Source: a virus
Reading direction: 5' to 3' (one strand)
Virus record (IMG/VR): IMGVR_UViG_3300044742_000102
Length of the DNA: 64,000 nt
The notes under the pieces are model-generated. The model ran no database searches. It was not told where the DNA came from and saw only the letters and a program-made list of their open reading frames with translations. Position 1 is the first letter of the stretch; each line of letters opens with the position of its first letter. Positions 52,437 to 57,269 of this stretch are shown piece after piece. Position numbers and translations under genes: made by a program.

Positions 52437-52509
52437 GTCACACTAATTCATCTGGTAGAATGCGTTCTTGGTAAGAACGATGTACTGAGTTCAAGTCTCA
52501 GGTGTGGCT
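52437..52509 (+). tRNA. tRNA-Thr(GGT)
   Basis: Acceptor GTCACAC/GTGTGGC, anticodon stem CGTTC/GAACG, loop TTGGTAA. Confidence 0.8.
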
Positions 52510-52518
52510 CCGCGATCA

Positions 52519-52572
52519 TGGGGAACCAAGTGGCTAGGATATCATAGGTAGATGCGAGTTCTACTTCCCTAT
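52519..52572 (+). other. 54-nt mini-helix / D-arm-less tRNA-like element
   Basis: Acceptor-like TGGGGAA/TTCCCTA plus a T-arm-like GTAGA-tgcgagt-TCTAC. Too short for a cloverleaf. Confidence 0.3.
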
Positions 52573-52583
52573 GGTGCGTGCTT

Positions 52584-52654
52584 GTCGTTGTAGTTTAGTG
52601 GAAGAACAAGTGTTTCGTAAACACTGAGCAGCAGTTCGAATCTGCTCTTCGGCT
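52584..52654 (+). tRNA. tRNA-Thr(CGT) with two T-T mismatches in the acceptor stem
   Basis: Acceptor GTCGTTG/CTTCGGC, anticodon stem AGTGT/ACACT, loop TTCGTAA. Confidence 0.6.
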
Positions 52655-52694
52655 CATGTAGTGAGTCGGATTTATTCGGCTCTTAGGAGGTTAC

Positions 52695-52955
52695 GTGGAT
52701 ATTCAGTCATTGCTTGGTAGAATGGGTGCTGGTGGTGGACAAGCTGGTGGTGGTATGCCACCCGGAATGGGTGGTGGTGGACAGGGTATGGAAGCTATCA
52801 TGCCATTCCTGATGATGCTACTAAAGCAGATGTTAGGACAGAGTGGTGCTATGCCACAGGGGCAGGCAGGACCACCGGGTATGGGTGGTGGAATGCCCTT
52901 CGCTAGTGCCCTAGGTGCTCAGGGTGGACAAGGTATGCCACCGGGAATGATGTAA
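52695..52955 (+). CDS. Gly/Met/Pro/Gln-rich low-complexity protein (GGM-repeat-like)
   Basis: AGGAGG RBS, 5 nt, then GTG. Contains MPPGMGGGGQGM, GPPGMGGGMPF and GGQGMPPGMM. Confidence 0.55.
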   Translation: MDIQSLLGRMGAGGGQAGGGMPPGMGGGGQGMEAIMPFLMMLLKQMLGQSGAMPQGQAGPPGMGGGMPFASALGAQGGQGMPPGMM

Positions 52956-52979
52956 TACACGGGGCTACGGCCCCAACAT

Positions 52980-53050
52980 ATGCCATTCGTATAACGGAAG
53001 TACAACTGATTCCAAACCAGTTAGCGCGGGTTCGACTCCTGCATGGTGTG
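52980..53050 (+). tRNA. tRNA-Trp(CCA)
   Basis: Acceptor ATGCCAT/ATGGTGT (two G-U pairs), loop TTCCAAA, T arm GCGGG-TTCGACT-CCTGC. Confidence 0.65.
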
Positions 53051-53076
53051 CCGTGGGTCCAGCCTAGGAATCTTTA

Positions 53077-53097
53077 GTGACTAGCAAAGCTAGTCAC
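53077..53097. repeat. perfect 9-bp-stem hairpin
   Basis: GTGACTAGC-aaa-GCTAGTCAC. Confidence 0.8.
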
Positions 53098-53099
53098 GC

Positions 53100-53120
53100 G
53101 GAGTCAGCCTTGCTGACTCC
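53100..53120. repeat. perfect 9-bp-stem hairpin
   Basis: GGAGTCAGC-ctt-GCTGACTCC, 2 nt after the previous hairpin. Confidence 0.8.
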
Positions 53121-53233
53121 TATGAAAGCGAACGCACTACTCTTCGTAGTAGGTGCCCCGACAGGTTCCAGTGATGAGTTGGGTGGCCGGAACAGTGCGA
53201 TATAACCACAACCAAAAAGGCATCGCACAACAT

Positions 53234-53315
53234 GGAAGAGCTAACGTTGGAGAGTGTAGCTGCCTTGAACGCAGTAGGGCTAAATGCCCAGCGGGTTCGA
53301 ATCCTGTCTCTTCCG
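53234..53315 (+). tRNA. tRNA-Ser(TGA), long variable arm
   Basis: Acceptor GGAAGAG/CTCTTCC, loop CTTGAAC, variable arm AGGGCTAAATGCCCA. Confidence 0.7.
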
Positions 53316-53452
53316 CTGTGTGCAACAAGAGGATAATGTGATTCCGTGGGCATGTACCACAGCAGGGAATCGGTACTCGGCCTCAGTGTACCTGCACCGC
53401 TACAACTGAATATGCTTGTCAGCCTGATGACACCTTGGTCGCGCTCGGTAGG

Positions 53453-53468
53453 AGTTTTCTCGAAAACT
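53453..53468. repeat. GTTTTC-NN-GAAAAC family palindrome
   Basis: AGTTTTCtcGAAAACT, overlapping a second palindrome ACTTCGAAGT (53466-53475). Confidence 0.7.
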
Positions 53469-53495
53469 TCGAAGTCACAGCCCTTCTGGCAACGA

Positions 53496-53618
53496 TGAAC
53501 CGAAGCACGTACGCTGTCAGACCGGCCAGTCAACAGCTATAGGCACGTGTCGGTAGAGCACACTACTGCCCACTGATTGTGAAATTGTGGGTTGCAGGTT
53601 CGAATCCTGTCCGGTTCT
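53496..53618 (+). other. atypical tRNA-like element / possible pseudo-tRNA
   Basis: Canonical T arm GCAGG-TTCGAAT-CCTGT (53594-53610) and a D-loop-like TCGGTAGAGCAC. The only acceptor partner (GAACCGA/CCGGTTC) lies about 120 nt away, across an inserted hairpin (CACGT...ACGTG). No 7-nt anticodon loop can be formed. Confidence 0.3.
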
Positions 53619-53623
53619 TTCGT

Positions 53624-53694
53624 GGCTCATTGATCGAGCAGTTAGATAGCTGTCTGCAAAACAGTGTACACTGGTGCAAATCCAGTATGAGCCT
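53624..53694 (+). tRNA. tRNA-Cys(GCA)
   Basis: Acceptor GGCTCAT/ATGAGCC, loop CTGCAAA, T arm ACTGG-TGCAAAT-CCAGT. Confidence 0.75.
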
Positions 53695-53696
53695 CC

Positions 53697-53716
53697 GGGG
53701 TTTTCTAGAAAACCCC
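53697..53716. repeat. GC-clamped GTTTTC-TA-GAAAAC palindrome
   Basis: GGGGTTTTCTAGAAAACCCC, a perfect 20-mer between tRNA-Cys and the next tRNA. Confidence 0.85.
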
Positions 53717-53722
53717 TTCCTT

Positions 53723-53796
53723 ATCCACGTATGCTAATTGGCAAAGCAAATAGTTTCAAAAACTGTTGAATGCGAGTTCGAATCTCGCGGTGGATA
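53723..53796 (+). tRNA. 74-nt type-I tRNA carrying the Leu anticodon CAA (short variable loop)
   Basis: Acceptor ATCCACG/GGTGGAT (6 of 7 pairs), D arm TGCT..AGCA, loop TTCAAAA, variable loop TGAAT, T arm GCGAG-TTCGAAT-CTCGC, discriminator A73. Confidence 0.6.
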
Positions 53797-53799
53797 CAT

Positions 53800-53875
53800 T
53801 GCGGTGTAGAGAAGTAGTCATCTCGCTTGGCTCATAACCAAGAAAACGTTGGTGCAAACCCAACCACCGCTACCA
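53800..53875 (+). tRNA. tRNA-Met(CAT) with a T1xT72 mismatch, CCA encoded (initiator-like or Ile2 possible)
   Basis: Acceptor TGCGGTG/CACCGCT, anticodon stem CTTGG/CCAAG, loop CTCATAA, T arm GTTGG-TGCAAAC-CCAAC. Confidence 0.65.
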
Positions 53876-53876
53876 T

Positions 53877-53948
53877 GTCTATAGAGCCAAACGGTGAGGC
53901 CGATGTTTCATACGCATCTTACACTCAGTTCGACTCTGAGTATAGACA
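53877..53948 (+). tRNA. tRNA-Met(CAT) (elongator or Ile2 type)
   Basis: Acceptor GTCTATA/TATAGAC, anticodon stem GATGT/GCATC, loop TTCATAC, T arm CTCAG-TTCGACT-CTGAG. Confidence 0.7.
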
Positions 53949-54095
53949 CCTAAGAGGGAGAGCCAGAACACCACTAGTCATAAGACTCACATTTGTTGTA
54001 GGGAAGCATCTGGCTTGCCCCTCTTATACGCTCGTAGTATTCACTACGGGCTTATTTGCGTTCCCGTAGCGTGCAAGCGCAACGAAAGGCATGAC

Positions 54096-54500
54096 ATGGC
54101 ATTACGCATTCGACACGTACTTGACAAGAACAACCTGTACGCAGTATATTTTCTAGAAACAGCACCGTGGGCACAGCTTGTGCCGTGTTTGCACCAGGCA
54201 CTCGTTGATCGCACCCATTTTGATGATGATGAGAACGAAATATCAGTGAACGAAATCCTCGGTCTGGTTGTTACAACTGATGGTATTGTACCAGCAGATG
54301 AATCACCGACCGGCATCTTTATGTGGTATGTTGATGGCAATGCTGTCAACCTGACCGACTATCACATGGAAATGGTTAAGCTCAGTTCGGCACAGTTCCA
54401 AGCAGCACAGCCACCACCAACACCACCAGAGGCAGTGACACGAGTATTCGAGCAACGTAAGGGCAAGCAGAATGGCAAATCCCAGCGAAGACCTACGTAG
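54096..54500 (+). CDS. hypothetical protein, first gene of the packaging module
   Basis: I chose the ATG at 54096, after GAAAGG (MALRIRHVLDKNN...). The tracked ORF start at 54015 lies in a structured non-coding stretch. Confidence 0.5.
   Translation: MALRIRHVLDKNNLYAVYFLETAPWAQLVPCLHQALVDRTHFDDDENEISVNEILGLVVTTDGIVPADESPTGIFMWYVDGNAVNLTDYHMEMVKLSSAQFQAAQPPPTPPEAVTRVFEQRKGKQNGKSQRRPT
54121..54159 (+). promoter_or_regulatory. promoter-like TTGACA, 18-nt spacer, TATATT, fused to TTTTCTAGAAA (inside a CDS)
   Basis: TTGACAagaacaacctgtacgcagTATATTTTCTAGAAAC. The location inside a gene makes function uncertain. Confidence 0.3.
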
Positions 54501-55023
54501 GAGACAAGCCTACGAAGACTACAAACGACTTCCACTACTCGGTATGAAGCAGAACCCGAACCAACTGTATCTCTGGTATATACAACGCTTACATGATGAT
54601 CCATCAGACAGACCCAATATTCCGACCACCAACAGGGCAACAGTCTATGAGTGGTACAAGCAGGACAGATGGGAAGAGAAGGTTGCCCTTGAAGGTATCG
54701 CAATTCTTGACCGCTCTGCTGCTACATTTGCCGACCTCAGACAGCGCGGCTATGACCAGCTTAACATGCTTATTATTGATGCTGTGGCTGGCCTAGAGAA
54801 GCTCATTAAGCCTAAGGCCGGTACGAGAATCGATCCGAAGGTACAACTCGAAGCGATTAAAACATTGCTAGACAGAGTTGGTATTAGTGCTGAGAAGGCA
54901 CAACAGAATAGGCACGTGGTTGGCACACCACAAGATACACCGATTGAGAAGGAAGTACCTGACTTTGAGGGTGATCCAGATCAGCTATATGCGTTTCTAT
55001 CGGAACAATCACGGGAGGGGTAA
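54472..55023 (+). CDS. terminase small subunit-like DNA-binding protein
   Basis: Lies upstream of TerL. The HTH-like segment TVYEWYKQDRWEEKVALE is typical of TerS N-termini. Confidence 0.5.
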   Translation: MANPSEDLRRRQAYEDYKRLPLLGMKQNPNQLYLWYIQRLHDDPSDRPNIPTTNRATVYEWYKQDRWEEKVALEGIAILDRSAATFADLRQRGYDQLNMLIIDAVAGLEKLIKPKAGTRIDPKVQLEAIKTLLDRVGISAEKAQQNRHVVGTPQDTPIEKEVPDFEGDPDQLYAFLSEQSREG

Positions 55024-55025
55024 GC

Positions 55026-55205
55026 ATGGCATACAATACGTATGATGCCGAACAGCAGGATCGTATTCGCAGAGTTGGTAAGGAAATGCGCGCGGCTGCA
55101 CCGATTACCAATCGTACTGTGAGTGCTCCGGGTGAATCAAAAATGTGTAAGCAGATTAAGGGTGGACCAACTGGCTCAGGTAAGAGCAGGAAGGCAGGCT
55201 ACTAA
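55026..55205 (+). CDS. 59-aa hypothetical protein
   Basis: Hand-translated as MAYNTYDAEQQDRIRRVGKEMRAAAP...KGGPTGSGKSRKAGY. TAATG coupling to the next gene. Confidence 0.4.
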   Translation: MAYNTYDAEQQDRIRRVGKEMRAAAPITNRTVSAPGESKMCKQIKGGPTGSGKSRKAGY

Positions 55206-55480
55206 TGGCAGGTAGAACTGGACCAACTGGTGCTACGGGTGACATCCTCGCAACTGGACCCACAGGATTTACTGGTGGACCACCAACACAGGAACAGGTG
55301 AGTGCAGCAGCAAAAGCAGGTAATACTGGACCGACTGGCCCCGTAGGACCAGCCGGTGTAGATGGCACAGCATTCCCGACCGAAGCTCATAGACTAGCCT
55401 ATCTATCATCAGCGGCACAGGCAGCAGCAATTACAGCAGCACGACCAGTTAGTGATGATGAAGATGAGGACGATGATTAG
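55205..55480 (+). CDS. collagen-like (Gly-X-Y repeat) small protein with acidic tail
   Basis: GRTGPTGATGD, TGPTGFTGG and GNTGPTGPVGPAGVDG. C-terminal DDEDEDDD. Confidence 0.55.
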   Translation: MAGRTGPTGATGDILATGPTGFTGGPPTQEQVSAAAKAGNTGPTGPVGPAGVDGTAFPTEAHRLAYLSSAAQAAAITAARPVSDDEDEDDD

Positions 55481-55662
55481 TGTCAACACCTGCTAAACGA
55501 ACGACAACGAAAAACAAAAGAAAGCCAGACAATGTTATCAGTGAAGACAGTAGAACACGTAAGTCTCCGTTTGAACCAGATAATAAGGTAGGCTCTCGCA
55601 AGTCAAGCGGCACTAATCCGTTTGCTAAAAAGAAGAAACCTAGTTCACGTAAAGCGTACTAA
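55480..55662 (+). CDS. highly basic Lys/Arg-rich protein
   Basis: GTG start. TTKNKRKPD...KKKKPSSRKAY. Confidence 0.45.
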   Translation: MSTPAKRTTTKNKRKPDNVISEDSRTRKSPFEPDNKVGSRKSSGTNPFAKKKKPSSRKAY

Positions 55663-55698
55663 GCGCACAGATACGATCACCTACATAGGAATGGTATA

Positions 55699-57264
55699 AT
55701 GGCACAATTGATTCTTCCTGATAACCCGATAACACTGCGCGACAGAGCAAAGCTCACGGTGCTGTTACGGGACTATCCACAATATAGAGATGGAGTACGT
55801 GAGCGTTGTAAGAACGATCCGATATTCTTTATTAATCTCTTTGGCTTTACATTTGATCCCAGAGAAGGAGCACCACACCCCGATCTTCCTTTCCTTATGA
55901 CAGACAACCGACAGTATCAGATGGAAGTTATCGAGTGGTTCACAAGTCTCCTAGACAATCAAGAAGATGGACTCTTAGAGAAGTCACGCGAGATGGGAGC
56001 TACATGGCTCTTTGTCGCGTGGCTTTGTCATAACTTCCTCTTTCGCAAAGGTTTCCAAGCACTCGTTGGCTCCCGTAAGGAAGACCTCGTAGACAACTGG
56101 ACCCTTGATAGTCACTTTGGTAAGATCGCATACTTCCTCGAACACCTACCACGCTGGTTATTACCCAAGGGATACAACCCCGGCCAGCACCGTATGAAGC
56201 TCAAAGTAGTTAACCCGGAGAATGGCAATGTTATTATTGGTGAATCTAGTAATCCAAATTTCTCCAGACAGGGCCGATATACAGTCATTGTCATGGATGA
56301 AGCTGCCTTCTGGGACGACTTTGAACAGGCTTTTCGAGCTACTACACAGTCTACTCCCACCCGTATCCTCATCTCCACTGTCAACGGACCACCTGAGCAG
56401 AATGGATTTGCCAAGGAACGATTTAGTGGAAGACATAGAATCTTTACCCTACATTTTACACGAGATTCTGCCAAGAATGCAGAATGGGAGCGCACACAAC
56501 GCTCTCGTATGACCAAAGAGGATGCGGCACAAGAGCTTGATATCGACTATCATCGCTCTGGTCGTGGCCTAGTCTATCCCGACTTTGTACACACAAAGCA
56601 GGGACTCTATCCGTGGGAACCACGTTGGCATCTCTTTGTGGCATGGGACTTTGGTATTCATGATGACACAGCCCTGATATGGATTGCACGTAATGCAACC
56701 ACGGGCAAGACACGTATCGTGGACTGCTATAGCAATCGAGACAAGGCTATTGACTTCTATGTACCCTTTATATTAGGTTCATTCCCAGATGATAATACAC
56801 ACGACTATACGGAACTCGACAAGATCATTATTGCCGATCATGCCCATTTCCCTAGAGCTATGCATTATGGAGACCCGGATGTATACAAGCGTTCGGTAGC
56901 CTCTGGTACCTCTGCCTATCATGTACTGGCCGGTCACAATATTATTATTCAGACCAACCAGAAGGATAATGACTTTGCTGAACGCAAGCGCAAGACAGAG
57001 CTAGGCATTCGTAACATCGAAGGCATCAACATGCCCAACTGTGTCGAATTCTATAACGCACTATCTAACGCACGCTTCCCACAGCGCAACCCTACATCAC
57101 AGTCAACCAATGAGAAGATCAAGCCAATTCATGATGGCACAAGCCACTATCGGTCAGCACTTGAATACTATTTTGTCAACGAGCCTCTCTTTGCGATCAT
57201 GGAACGACCAGAACCAGAGAGACTAAAAAGAGCGTACGATGACATTGTAGCGCACCGGAGGTAA
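55699..57264 (+). CDS. terL: terminase large subunit
   Basis: ATPase motifs KSREMGATW (Walker A-like) and VIVMDEAAF (Walker B). 521 aa, immediately upstream of the portal gene. Confidence 0.85.
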   Translation: MAQLILPDNPITLRDRAKLTVLLRDYPQYRDGVRERCKNDPIFFINLFGFTFDPREGAPHPDLPFLMTDNRQYQMEVIEWFTSLLDNQEDGLLEKSREMGATWLFVAWLCHNFLFRKGFQALVGSRKEDLVDNWTLDSHFGKIAYFLEHLPRWLLPKGYNPGQHRMKLKVVNPENGNVIIGESSNPNFSRQGRYTVIVMDEAAFWDDFEQAFRATTQSTPTRILISTVNGPPEQNGFAKERFSGRHRIFTLHFTRDSAKNAEWERTQRSRMTKEDAAQELDIDYHRSGRGLVYPDFVHTKQGLYPWEPRWHLFVAWDFGIHDDTALIWIARNATTGKTRIVDCYSNRDKAIDFYVPFILGSFPDDNTHDYTELDKIIIADHAHFPRAMHYGDPDVYKRSVASGTSAYHVLAGHNIIIQTNQKDNDFAERKRKTELGIRNIEGINMPNCVEFYNALSNARFPQRNPTSQSTNEKIKPIHDGTSHYRSALEYYFVNEPLFAIMERPEPERLKRAYDDIVAHRR

Positions 57265-57269
57265 AGCGT

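Noticed and set aside
52961-52974. Hairpin GGGGC-tacg-GCCCC after gene 52695..52955, considered as an intrinsic terminator
   Set aside because: No T-run follows it (the next bases are AACATATG) and a tRNA starts 6 nt later. It is more likely a processing or stability hairpin, so I did not call it a terminator.
46811-53948. Possibility of suppressor tRNAs or stop-codon reassignment
   Set aside because: No anticodon CTA, TTA or TCA was found in any fold. Long uninterrupted ORFs with recognisable motifs are obtained with the standard code.
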